Origin: Vicugna vicugna
Taxonomy: Eukaryota
DNA length: 64,000 nt
Assembly: GCA_013265495.1 (NCBI GenBank)
Contig: MU058009.1
Location: 2,296,001 to 2,360,000 of the forward strand
Direction: 5' to 3'
The notes under the pieces were generated by a model. It saw nothing but the letters and a program-made list of their open reading frames with translations, did not search any database and was not told the DNA's origin. Positions 45,521 through 57,780 of this stretch are shown here, piece after piece. Position numbers and translations under genes: made by a program. Positions within the stretch are counted from its first letter, which is position 1; each line of letters starts with the position of its first letter.

Positions 45521-47903
45521 TGAAGGCTCCCCCATCAGGCTAGGCCCACGTGTGCAGTGACGGCAGGCCCTTTACAGCTGGACTCACCTGGAGGCAAGGC
45601 CTGGGTCACGGCCCCCGTCCACTGCTCACTCATTCTGTGACTTTGGGCAAGATGCTGACCTTCCTTGAAACTCATTTGCCTTATTTGTAAAACAGAGACA
45701 GCAAGGCCCGTGTCATAGTCACAGCCCCACTTTCCAGCTGTGAGCAACGTGCCTGCCCCACTGGGCTGTTCGGGAGTCAGATGCTGATAAACAGCTACCA
45801 GGGCGCCTGACACGTCATGAGCCTCCAACCAACGGGCATCACCGTTAAATGGCATCATCTGAGACACGTCCCGAGCTGTGCTTGAGAGGCAGGGCTGTGA
45901 CCAGGCACAATCTGAAGCACGGGTTCTGGGGTCAGATTCGTGGGGGAAATGCTAAGAGATGAAGGGGCAAAGGTCGACGAGATTCCTTCCTGCAAGACTT
46001 CTCACTGCCCTGAGCAGAACCGTGACTTTCTGAAGCAGGTTACACGGCTCACTGTTTCCAAACTCATTTGTCCTCAGAACCCCCTCTGGTCGTGGGCCAC
46101 TGGGGGTCTGGCGATCCATGAAATACCTTTGGAAAACCCAAGCAAGGCCTAGAATGGGAGGAGAGGAATCTCAAAAAGAAGCCCCTGGAGAGAGAGTGAA
46201 GGAGTGAAGGCAAAGCTCTTGGGAGAGATAAGACATGGACCACGGCGTGCGCGGGAGCCGCCCGGACCCCGTGAGGCGCCAGCTCCAGGGAGACCCGTTC
46301 ACACAAGCAGGTTCTGAACCCACACAGGCCTTTGAGGGAGCCAGGCTGGACCCACCCATTTTACAGGTGCTGGCAGTTGGCACTGACAGGCTAAGCCACC
46401 AGCCCAGGACCGTGTCACCAGCGGGCAGTGCCCCGGGACGGAAGCCCAGGTTCCCTAATGTCAAGTTCTAGAGTTTTCTGTGTCGGTGAGAGGAAACCTG
46501 ATGTTGATTCCAGCAGGCTGATCACTCAGACTCCACTTAGCCTGAGGCAGTTCAATAATGAAGACCAATTTTGGCTTCTTTCTGGCTTTCGCCATCACCT
46601 GGTCGTTTTCATCCGTAGCCCCTTTCCAGCGTTTACACTGGGAACGTTGTGAGACTTTCTCTGCCGAGAAGCACGACTGGAAACTTACCAAAGACACTTC
46701 AAGTGAGTCTTAGATTTCGCTGAACTGAATTCCGTCTTCCTGCACCTCTTTCTTGCGAACCCCATCCCTATCGGCAGCCCTGGGCACGGTCTCCAAGACT
46801 CAGGGAACCCTCCGAGGGCCCTATGACCTCACCGCAGAAATTGCTGAAGTCAGCCTGTTCCCTTGGCGGTCCTCAGGGATGAGGAAAAATCCCAGGGGCC
46901 TATAAACAATGCAAGAAACAGCACCCCACCCAGCCCTCTATTTAGCTTGGCTGAAAAATGTACGCAGTGACAATGCAAAGTGCCCTGGGCAGCGACAGGA
47001 CCTAGTGATGCTCCTAGGCCTCAGCGCTTGCTGATTAATTACCAGGCTGCACGCAGAGCACATGGGAGGCGGAGGCGGGGGTGGCGCCCAGTGTGCCGTG
47101 GGGCTGTTCCCTCTCCCTCCTGCTGCGGGTGCTGGACCGCAGAGGCCTCCCTGCCAAGGGGTGAGAGGCACCCACGCTAAACACTCCAGCAGGTGGTGGG
47201 GTCAGTGAGGGACGGAGTGGGAGGCCGCATGTCACACCCGGGCTCCTCAGAGCAGCGCTTGGCACCTGGGGAAGCCTGGGGAGAAAGGCCTCTCTCTCCT
47301 CTGTTTTGATGGCCAGCTTTTGGCTTTTGTTTTTGTTTTTACTGGGAAACCAAATGCAAACAAAACCAAAAGGCTTGAGGGCAGGGTCTCTTTTCCTCTT
47401 AATTCAGCCAGAGATCACTGACGAAGGCGCTGCTGTGCACACAGCACTGTGCGGGAGGTCCCTGGAAGAAGCTGAAGGCTGAGGGCCGCCCACAGGCCAC
47501 CTGCAGTGACAAGATCCTCTAATCAAGTAGAGGGAAAGAAGACAAGACAGGGTAGTGTCCTGGGAGGCAGCAGTGGACATCTGTCATTACTGTCAGCCCA
47601 AAGGGGCGCCACCCTTCCCCAGAGCAGATGGCCCTGGAGGGGCTGGCCATCACCATCTCCTGTGCCCTCACTCCCGCAGAGGAATGAATGAGGGCGCTAA
47701 ACCTTCCTACAGAGGATCTGTGTTCTGAGAGGGGACACACAGGGCAGAGACTGAGCTTCAAAAGGGTTTTACCTTCCCCAAGGTTACACGTGGTTGAACT
47801 GAGCCTTGAAACCAGGTCTGTGTAGCTCTCAGCCTTGTGCTCTCTCCCACCACGTCACTTTAACCTCTGGGAAACGAAGGAAACAATAAGGAAGTGGAAC
47901 CCA

Positions 47904-49631
47904 TCTTGTCCAGCCAGTCATCTGTTGATGGACACTTAGGTTGCTTCCACGTCTTGGCAATTGTAAACAGTGCTGCTATGAACACTGGGGTGCATGTATC
48001 TTTTTGAATTAGTTTGTTTTTGTTTTTTCCGTATATATACCCAGGAGTGGGTCATACGGTAATTCTATTTTTAGATTTTTGAGAAACCTCCATACTGTTT
48101 TCCACAATGGCTACACCAATTTGCATTCCCTCCAACAGTGTACGAAGGGTCCCTTTTAACCACATCCTCGTCCACATTTTTTGTGTTCTTTTTGATGATA
48201 GTCATTCTGAGCAGTGTGAGGTGATAGCTCACTGTGGTTTTGATTTGTAGTTCTCTGATGATCAGCGATGTTGGCCATCTGCATTTTCCTCTTTGGAAAA
48301 ATGTCTTTTCAGTTCTCCTCCCCATTTTCTAATTGAGTTTTTTATTTCTCTGATGTTCAGTTGTATGGGCTGTTTATATATGTTGGGTATTAACCCCTTG
48401 TTGGTCATATCACTTGCAAATATCTCCCATTCCATACGTTGTCTTTTCGTTTTGTTGATGGCTTCCTTTGCTGTGCAAAAGCTTTTAAGTTTAATTAGGT
48501 CCCATTTATTTATTTTTGCTTTTATTTCCTTTGCTTCCAGAGATGGATCCCTAAAAACACTGCTACAGTCTATGTCAGAGTGTTCTGCCTGTGTTTTCCT
48601 CCAGGAGCTTTACAGTATCCAGTCTTACACTTAGGTCTTTAGTCCAGTTTGACTTTATTCCTGTATATGGTGTCAGAGAATATTTTCCCCCCTTAACGGA
48701 GGCACTGGGGATGGAACCCAGGACCTCATGCACGCCAAGCACGTGCTCTACCACTGAGCTATAGGCCTCCATCCCCTGAAAATGCTCTAATTTTATTCTT
48801 TTACATGGAGCTGTCCAGTTTTCCCAGCACCACTTGTTAAAGAGACTGCCTTTTCTCCATTGTATGTTCTTACCTCCTTTGTTGTAGATTAATTGACTAT
48901 AGTGCGTGGGTTTACTTCTGGGCTTTCTATCCTGTTCCATTGATGTATGTGTCTGTTTTGTGCCAGTACCACAGTTTTGATTATACTGTGGCTCTGGGGT
49001 ATAGTCTGAAGTCAAGGAGCATGACTCCTCCAGCTCTGTTCTTCTTTCTCAAGATTGTTTTGGCTATTCAGGGTCTTTTGTGTTTCCATACAAATTTTAA
49101 AATTATTTGTTCTAGTTCTGTGAAAAATGCCATCGGTATCTTGATAGGGATAGCGATGAATCTGTATATACACACAATGAAATAGTACTCAGCTATGAAA
49201 AAGAGTGAAATTCTGCTGTCCGTGGCAACACGGATGGACTTGGAGGGCATTAGGCCAAGTGAAATAAGTCAGACAGGGAAAGACAAATACTGTATGATAT
49301 CATTTATACTTGGAACCTAAAACATACAACAAACTAGTGAGTATAACCAAAAAAAAGCTGACTCATAGATACAGAGAACAAACTAGTGGTTATCAGAGGG
49401 GAGAGGGAAGGGGGGAATACGGGAGTAGAGGATGAAGAGGTACAAACTATTAGGTATAAAACAAGCTACAAGGATGTATTGTACAACACAGGGACTATAG
49501 CCACTGTTTTGTAATAACTATGAATGGAGTATAACCTTCAAAAAATATGAATCACCAGGTTGTACCCCTGTGACTTATGTAATACTGTATACCAACTCTA
49601 CTTCAATTTAAAAAATAAAATTTAAAAAAAA
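47904..49631 (+). mobile_element. L1 with 5' inversion (twin priming)
   Basis: Exact 13-bp TSD gaagtggaaccca at 47891-47903 and 49632-49644. 47904-~49170 is antisense ORF2; ~49165-49631 is the sense 3' end with an A-tail. Confidence 0.93.
48683..48776 (-). mobile_element. Vic-1-type SINE nested in the inverted L1 segment
   Basis: Reverse complement: ggggatggaggcctatagctcagtggtagagcacgtgcttggcgtgcatgaggtcctgggttccatccccagtgcctcc. The L1 sequence resumes on both sides. Confidence 0.88.
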
Positions 49632-49924
49632 GAAGTGGAACCCAGAGCTTCCCATGGGAACCCCCCGGTGGAGCTGCCAATGCCAAAAGATGACCTGGAA
49701 TATGTCACCATGAAACTTAGAAGGAGAAGAAATCATTTGAAAAGAAAGACCCAATCCAGCCCTCAGCTCCTGATACTGGAGGCCTTGCTCCTCCTCCCTC
49801 CCCAGGCCCCCCTCATTTATCAGGGAGTCTAATGTCACCGTTATTTCCCTGGGACAGCAAAGTGATTAAGAGCATGGGCTTTCAAGTTGGGTAAGTCTAG
49901 GTTTAAATCCCCCCTTCACTGGAA

Positions 49925-51290
49925 GAAGGTGGCATTTTACGTGGAAATAATCAGAAAGGATCCCTGTCTCATGCCATCAAAAATCAACACCAAACAGATC
50001 AAGAATATAAACATCAAGGAAAAATATGAAAACTTTCAGAAGAAATACACAGTGAATATTATCTTAATGAGCCTGGAATAAGAAGAGGTTTCTTAAGACA
50101 CAAACATTACTAATTATACGAGATTCATAAACTTGATTACAACACTAAGAATTTCTGTTTGTCAGGATAGTTTCCAGTTAAAGTAAAAATTCAAGCTACA
50201 AACTTGAAGAAAATATTTTAAATACACACAGGCAGCAAAAGATTACTTTCAAAAATATCTAAAGCCCTTCTACAAATAAGAAAAACTCAACTCAGGGCAA
50301 AAATGGGCAAAACCCATAAAGAAACAACTCGTAGAACAAGAAACACATATGGAACCAGCCAGGGCAGCCTGCAGACACGGAGGAGCTAATGAGAGAAAAT
50401 GAAGCAACATTTGGGGTTTGCTGAAGTTTTAAGTGAAAGTTGAGTTTCCTATTTATCTTTTAGAAGAAGAAACACACATGATCAATAAACTTATAAAGAC
50501 GTGTTCACCTCACCAATGACGAGGAAGAGGCCAGAAACACTTTGTCCCCATGAAATGCCAGTTTGCACCCATTTGATTGACAAAGCTCAGAATACCAAGT
50601 GTTGGATATCAACATGGTCCCACACACATTGCTGGTGGGAACTAAGAAACCATTTAACGTCCTCTTACAAGGCTGAATGTGTGTATACCCAGCTAATCTA
50701 TTAGGTACACACCCAATTTCTGTGAGGTTAAACCCAAGAGAAAACTTAATAAGAAGACACATATACAAAAAAAAAATCATAGTTGAACTTATCAAAACAG
50801 CAAAACACTGGAAACAATCTCAATACCCCCTGAAAGAAGAATGCGTAGATAAACCACAGTATGCTCAGAAAATGGAATGAAAATGTGGCATGAAAACAAG
50901 AGAACCACAGAGGCCCTCTTCCACATGGATGAATCCATACTGAACGAAAAAATGCAAGTCCCAAGAGACCACATCTAACCTGACAGACTTTTTATGAAAT
51001 TCAAAAACTATGCAAAATTAAAACTAAACCTAAGCCAAACTAAATAATAGGCCATTTAGGCAAGCACAATTGCTATTAAAAAAAAAAAAGAAATACTTCT
51101 AAAAAGCAGCAGGGAAACGCTACACACAATGTTCAGGGTAGCGCTTATCTCAGGGGAGAAGACTGCGGAGGAAAGAAAACACAAAGGGAGCTGTAAGTTA
51201 CTGGGAACGCTCTGGCCTTGGCCTGGGCGGCGGGGGGCAGACATGTTCATCATTCGGCATGCAGACATACCTAAAATCAAGTGAAAGAAA
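49925..51290 (+). mobile_element. Old L1 (L1ME-like) 3' portion
   Basis: aaaaatgggcaaaa...cacacattgctggtggga...aaaacagcaaaacactggaaacaatc...acatggatgaatc...aatgcaagtccca. Confidence 0.75.
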
Positions 51291-51529
51291 AGACGGCCTT
51301 CGGTGGACCAAAGAGAATAACGTGCCATGAACCAATGATCACGATCAATCTGATTCTCTGAAACTAAGATCCAGTCAAATCGATCAGTGGCAAATCCTGG
51401 GTCCATTGCATGCCACTCACATGGCCCAGGTGAAGCTGCTTAACATGTCTTAAACTCAGTTTTCTTGACTGCAGTATAAAACCATGAGCTATTACAAAGG
51501 TTAACTGAGCAATAAATGGGAGCTAATAT

Positions 51530-51840
51530 ATTTTTTAATAATAGCCTTATTGAGACATCAATCATTTCCCATACAATTCACCCACGTGAGGTCTACAATC
51601 CAGCGGTTTTTAGTGTATTCAGAGTTGTGTAACCATCACCACAAACCAATTTAAGAAGCTTTCATCACTCCGAAAAGAAACTCTGTACCCATTAGCAGTC
51701 ACCTCCCCCATATCTCCCCATACCCCACTACCCAGCCCCAGGCAACCACTAATCCACTCTCTGTCTCTGCGGATTTGTCTGCTCTGGACATTTCATACAC
51801 AGGTAAACGCAGTCATATAATATGCGGTCTTTTGTGATGG
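51530..51840 (-). mobile_element. L1MB-like 3' end
   Basis: ccatacaattcaccc...agagttgtgtaaccatcaccaca...gtacccattagcagtcac...ggcaaccactaatcc...ctctggacatttcata. Confidence 0.85.
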
Positions 51841-54800
51841 GAACCGATGTTTTTTCTCTTTCCCTAGAGCAGAAATTCTTATTCTCTGTGTGAATCCCTG
51901 TTGGCTGCTCATATTGATGTCAGCTATAACCACCACCATCAACATAGTTTTCTTTTAAACAACCGAGCACTAGCTACCATCAAAACACTGCAACATACTG
52001 TCTCATTCACACAAGTCTAGCAACACCCCGTGAGGCAGGCGTACAGAAGCCACGCCACATGGTCAAGGTCATGTGGGTAGTGACCGGCCCAAAGCAGGGA
52101 TCCAAATCCAGGTCCGACTCCAGAGTCCAGGATTTTAACCACTACCTGGTAATACCTCCATATATGACAGAATGCTATTCCTTTTGGGGGAAGGGGACGT
52201 AATCACCTTGATTTTAATACAATGACTTTCTGTTCTGGTGGAATTGATTTGCAGTTTCCTCTGGAATCAGGTAGGGGGAAGGGCCTGAGGTGCTCTTTGT
52301 CTGACTAAAGTTACTGAATACTGAACTATTTTTTCCCTAGAAAAACTTACCTGTGGGAAGAGCAGCAGTTATCACTCAGGAGACCGTGTGCCGAAGAATG
52401 AGGAGACTGTTGACTTTAAGGGCTGGCGAAACAGAGCTCGCTAAGTCCTTCATCACTGGTGTTCAGTTAAAGATGTACCTTCCTGTACTGACGTCCCTGT
52501 GGGCACCAAGTCAGAGAAACAGAGCCGCTATTTTACGGGCACTGGGACAGATCTTCTCTGAGTGCCTAGCAGCCACCATTGCATATTGGAAGTAAATGAC
52601 AGGTAACAAAGAAACGAGGAGGGGGCACCAGGGAAACCTAATTTGATTTAACACATATATTTAAACTACTGTGAATATTGTTACTTTGCTAGATTCCAGA
52701 ATTCCTATAAAGGAGGGTCAGTGTTTTAGTTGGAAGAAGGCACTCCGGAGGGCATTCTGACACGAGTTTTATAAAGAGAGAACACCATATTTATTTTGTA
52801 ATTACACATTTATTTGAAGGAAGGGGTGTTGCTTTTGGAAATTTACCTTCCCACAGAAAGACACAAAATCCATCGCCCCTTCTTCCCTCCTTAGCCTCAA
52901 GGGAGCTTAACAGGGCCCGATTAAGCAAAGAAAGTCATCAAACTTCCTTCGACAGCTCAGAAATCCCTAGGGTTGAGTTGAGTTTTAGGTGAAGGGTTCA
53001 CGGTGGTGTCAAACCAGTTCCTGCCACCTCGTCACTGCACACACTGACAGGGCTGCCGTTTGACTCCGCTCACTCTGACAGCCAGGGGACACGCACTCGG
53101 GTCTGAGACCTGAGCAGAGAAACACCTGGCTGCGATCACCTGCAACTACACGGTTAACTTTTTATGAAGTAGTGTCACGATCCATTTCCAGGAGAGCAGG
53201 GACTTCAAACGGAGCCCACGCTCTACGGGTCCACCTTTCTGTCCCCGTCCCCTGGCCTGGCCTCCTCCCCACTCTCTGCCGCAGAGGCGCCTAGCTTTTT
53301 CCTCTTTGCTGAGCACCCAGGATTCCTTTTATCTTTTTTATTTTTCCTGTAAAAGTCGACAACAAAGCATCGAGTTATGTGACAACTTCAGCCCAAAGTG
53401 ATGATTCTCAGTCTGCCCCAAATCCCGGTTACACGGAAGAGAGACCTGAATTCATACCTTAATCGGGGGGAACATTCCTCCCACTCAGAGAAAAAGGAAA
53501 ATGGCCTTGGAGGAAATCGGAGTCCAAGCTGGCTGGCTCCCGGCACAGGAGGGAAGTCCCTAGTGGCTGGTGTGTGGCTATAAACGGCTCAAGCTGCTTC
53601 AGCTTCTTCCTACCTGGAGCAGGTCTGGCTAGAGTCTGGGTGGTCATTTAAAGCAACAAAGATGGAGAATAAGAAAGAACTCTATTAAATCTGGAGTGAC
53701 ACAGAGCTTTTCCCAAAATTCACCAGTACATAAGCCCTGAGATGGCAGGGACTTCGTTGCTTGGAACTTTCAAGGCTCTCAATAAAATAATTAGTAAAGG
53801 AAGGCACGAAAGCCAATATGGATGAACAACGTGGATGAGGGACACGCCCGTTTCCATCTGCCGGCAGGATTTAGGGCACGGAGGAAGTATCAACACTGTC
53901 ACCCAGGGAAGGCTATGCACCCATCACTGCCAGCACTGCTGCCACCCCAGCCACCACTGTGCACACTGCCAGCTACACTCACTGCTACTGTCGTCTGTCC
54001 CATGACAGACACCACACCAGGCAGCTGACACTGACCCTCTATTTAAGTCGCACTTCATAACAACGCTGTGGTGTCGGGGTTACCAGCCCTGTTCTACAGG
54101 TGAGGAAACGAAAGCTCACAGAAGTAACTTGTTCACGGTCTCAGTTAGCAAACAGCAAACTAAGGATTTTAATACAGATCTGACTGACCCCAAAGTTCGT
54201 GGGTTTGTTTTTTTTTTTCCCGCTACTCTACCAAGAAGCAAAGGGGAAAGTGATGCCTCTTTGTGTGCTGTTGTTGAGAGGTTCTGAAGGGAAACCATGG
54301 GTCTTGTTACGAGAAAAAAAATCATCTCCAGTCAGTTCTAACATGAGCCCTTCCCATGTTAATGTTACTATTTATGGTACTGATGTTGTGGGTGACCAGT
54401 ATACTCTTCTAGAACTCGCCTCAAGTTTACAACACACGATCAGGCATTTGTATGGGTTCTCACTAAGGAGCGGAGAAGGCATGTCTGCTGGTGCACACTC
54501 CATCATATATTAGTCACTGTGTGAACATTCACAGAAAGGTTAAGAATCTGACACTTAAAGACTAAATAGTTCCTTGATGCAACATATTTACTGATTATTG
54601 TAAAATACTGTAAACCATATTATGCCTCCCCTGGAACTGATGCATCACTTCACCATATAATTATCAGATTACATTATAATACATGAACCAGGCATCATCA
54701 ACGCATCCAATGATTTAGATGGTCAAATGTCAGTCTTCCAGAGAAGAGATGACGTGGCATGCCACATATGCAGCCAATATAGAGCGGCAGCTGGTCTCCT

Positions 54801-55019
54801 TGGTCTGCTCAATACCAGAGAGACTAGAAATCTGCATAAGAAGTTGATACAAAAATGAACACATCGCTCACCATTTAGTGATAGACAGAAGACAAAACTG
54901 GGTGACGGGAGTTGTGGGGAAAAGATGGAAAAACTTATCCCAATCTCCTCTCCTAGCCCTAGGCTAAGCTCTCAAAATTCATGTCAATGGCCCCATAGTT
55001 CCTTAACTAATTAATAAGT

Positions 55020-56410
55020 TAATTCCATTCATTTAAAAAACTGCCTTGACCCACATTTTCCTCCATCTTGTGACCTATCTCTCTGATCACCTTTTCAGCA
55101 AGATCCCTCAAGAGTGGTTCGTATGAATTTTCTCTCCCCAGGTCTCTCCTGAACCACTGAAACTGCTCTGGACACGACCACCAGCGCCCTCTGAGCCGTC
55201 AGATTCAACGGTCAACCCCTAGTCCTTGACCTCTCAGCTACACTTGACAGTCACCTCTCCTCCAAGACACACTTTCTCCACGTTACTTCCAGGACATCAC
55301 TTGCTAACCTTGCACAGTCTCCTTCAGCATCTTCCTGACTCCTTTGACCTCTAGGAGTTGGGGCCCCCAAACTTCAGTCTTTGGACTGCTTTTGTTCCCT
55401 GGGCGATCTTATCCATCCTTCCTGTTTAAATACAATCCATGTATCAGCAACCCCACATTCACATCTCCAAGTCTGACCACTCGCAGACTGGCTCACCTTC
55501 TGTCTACTGTCCACCTGGATATCTAACAGGCATTTCAAACCTCACTCAACCAAAACTGAACTTCTGATCTTCCCCAGCCCCCAAACCTGCTTCACTCCTA
55601 ATCATCTTTATCTCAGCTGATGCAACTCCATTCTCGATTATTCTAACCAAGTACCTTAGTGTCATCCTTCCCTCTTCTGTTTTTCCTGCATCTCTTAGCC
55701 TCCTGCTGGCTCATAAGAGTATTTCCAGATTCTAACCACCCCTCTTCATCTCCATAGCTGCTGCCCTAGCTGAAGCCATGACTGTCTTCAGCCTGGATGA
55801 CTGACGCTGCCTCCTGGCTGATCTGCCTGCTTCCATCCAAGTTCCCTTGGTCTGTTCTCTGTAAAGCACCCAGAATGATCTTATTAAAGCCCGAGTCTGA
55901 TTATGTCACCCCTCTGTTTAAAAACATCAGATGGCTTCTCAGAGGAAGTCAGAGTCCTTCCAGGGGTCAAGGAGGCCCCATGTGACCTTGTCCCCATTAC
56001 TTCTCTCAACTTTCTGCCTGCCCTTCACTCACTCACCTCCAGCTCCATCCTTGCTTTCCCTAAACATACCAAACCCACTCTGCCTCAGGGTCTTTGCACT
56101 TACTGCTTCTTCTACCTGAAGTTCTTCGATAACCACACGGCTCCTCCTTGACTTCATTAAGGCCCCTGCTTAAATGTTGCTGCCTCAGGGAGCTTTCTTG
56201 ACCAAAATCCCACTTCTTTACCCCTCGTCCTGTCCTCTTAACTGGCTTTATTTTTCTTCACTGCACGTATCACCAGCTGATACTTTATGTGGTCTGTCTG
56301 CCCTTGCTTCACGGTAATCTCTACGAAGGCTGGAATTTTGGATATTGTATCCTGCTAGAATGGTTCCTGATGCCCCTTAGGTGTTTACTGAACACTTACT
56401 GAATGAATGG
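55020..56410 (+). mobile_element. L2a-like LINE, ~1.4 kb 3' portion
   Basis: ccactgaaactgctct...cttgacctctcagc...ccacctggatatctaacaggcatttcaaac...ctgcctcagggtctttgcactt...tactgaatgaatg. Confidence 0.88.
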
Positions 56411-57599
56411 TTCACTTCCTGGAGGAACTGAATCTTAAAGACCAGGTAAGAATTAACCAGGCAGGTGGGAATGGAAGAAGATTCTGGGCAGAGGAAATGC
56501 CCGCTTGATACCACAGAGGCCGGAAAGAACTCGGCAGATTTGGTAACTTACAGGTAATTCTAAATGACTCTCAAGGAACCTCCCCATTAATACTCATGTC
56601 CTTTCAAGGGTTTCTTGCAGAGAGGGACCCCTTCATTCCTGGCTTATCAGGCCATTGCTTGACTTGTTCTAGGAAGAGTCTTGAAATGTGAGCTGGCTAA
56701 CTGCTTCCCAGCTCAAGAGCTCCAGCCTGAGGACCAGAAGCCAGGGGGTGGCATGGGAAGGAAGTGAAGGCACAAGAGGAGGGAGGAGCTCTCGGGTTAA
56801 ACCTGTGAGTTCATTAACCCGGAAAGGTGGGTCCAGGAAAGCCATCCAGCTGGTAATGGGCCTTGCCTGTGTGACCCAGCAGCTGCCAGCAAGGCAGCCA
56901 CACCGAGTCGGCTGACGGAAGCAGAGCTCTCCAAGGCCTGATGCATGAGGCTGTAAAGAGCTCACCGAAAGGCACTGCAGAGCCATTTACCGTCCCAGCA
57001 AGATGCTGCCAAATGGGCCCAGAACTAATCCGAGAAGAGGGCGTCCTGATCCCAGCTCACAATGCACACGGGCAAGTCGCCCAGTGCCTCCCGGGCGGCC
57101 TGAGTTCCCTGCACGCTGGGAGGCTAAGTCCCACTGAGCGTGTGGCCCATTGGTAGAGGTCCGCTGGCTCCCAAAGGCTGTGGGACTTCCATACGCGGCC
57201 TCCACAACGAGGCTGCTTCATGCTCCTCTTGCTTCCTCCACTGAAGCATCCAAAGCACTTTACCAGGGAGGGCTCTTTGTGCCATTAGCTGGTGAGGCTC
57301 AGGGAAGCCAGGTTGGCCTGCAGCCACCTGGCATGCCAGCTCCTGAGGTCGTAACGGAGCCCTAGACCGCCCAGCCTGGCACGGCCACTGGGTGGCCCCC
57401 TTCCAGAGACTGCAGAGGACAGCAGGGGGAATGAGGCAGACAGAGGGCTCGGGCTTTGCGGGGGGTGGGGGTGGGGGGCTCCGCAGATCCGTCCACACAG
57501 CAGGAAGAACTTCTCCGAGCACACGTCCTCCCGGGGGCTGCGAGCGGCATTTTCCTTGCAAATGAAGGATGTCAGTACTGAGGTTAGTAGTTGTATAAC

Positions 57600-57780
57600 T
57601 GTAAAATGTTGGCGTTGGAAGGGGCTCTGGGAGACGTCAGCCCAGTTTCCTGTCTCCTGGTGGGGAAATGGAGGCTCAGAAAGACTAACTGGCTGCTCAA
57701 GGTCACACAGCTGGTTCATGCCAGAGTGAGCACTGGAGCCTGCGTCTCTTAAGCACTGACCCTACTCTTTCCAAATGCCA
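57600..57780 (-). mobile_element. MIR SINE fragment
   Basis: ggggaaatggaggctcagaaagactaactggctgctcaaggtcacacagctggt. Confidence 0.7.
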
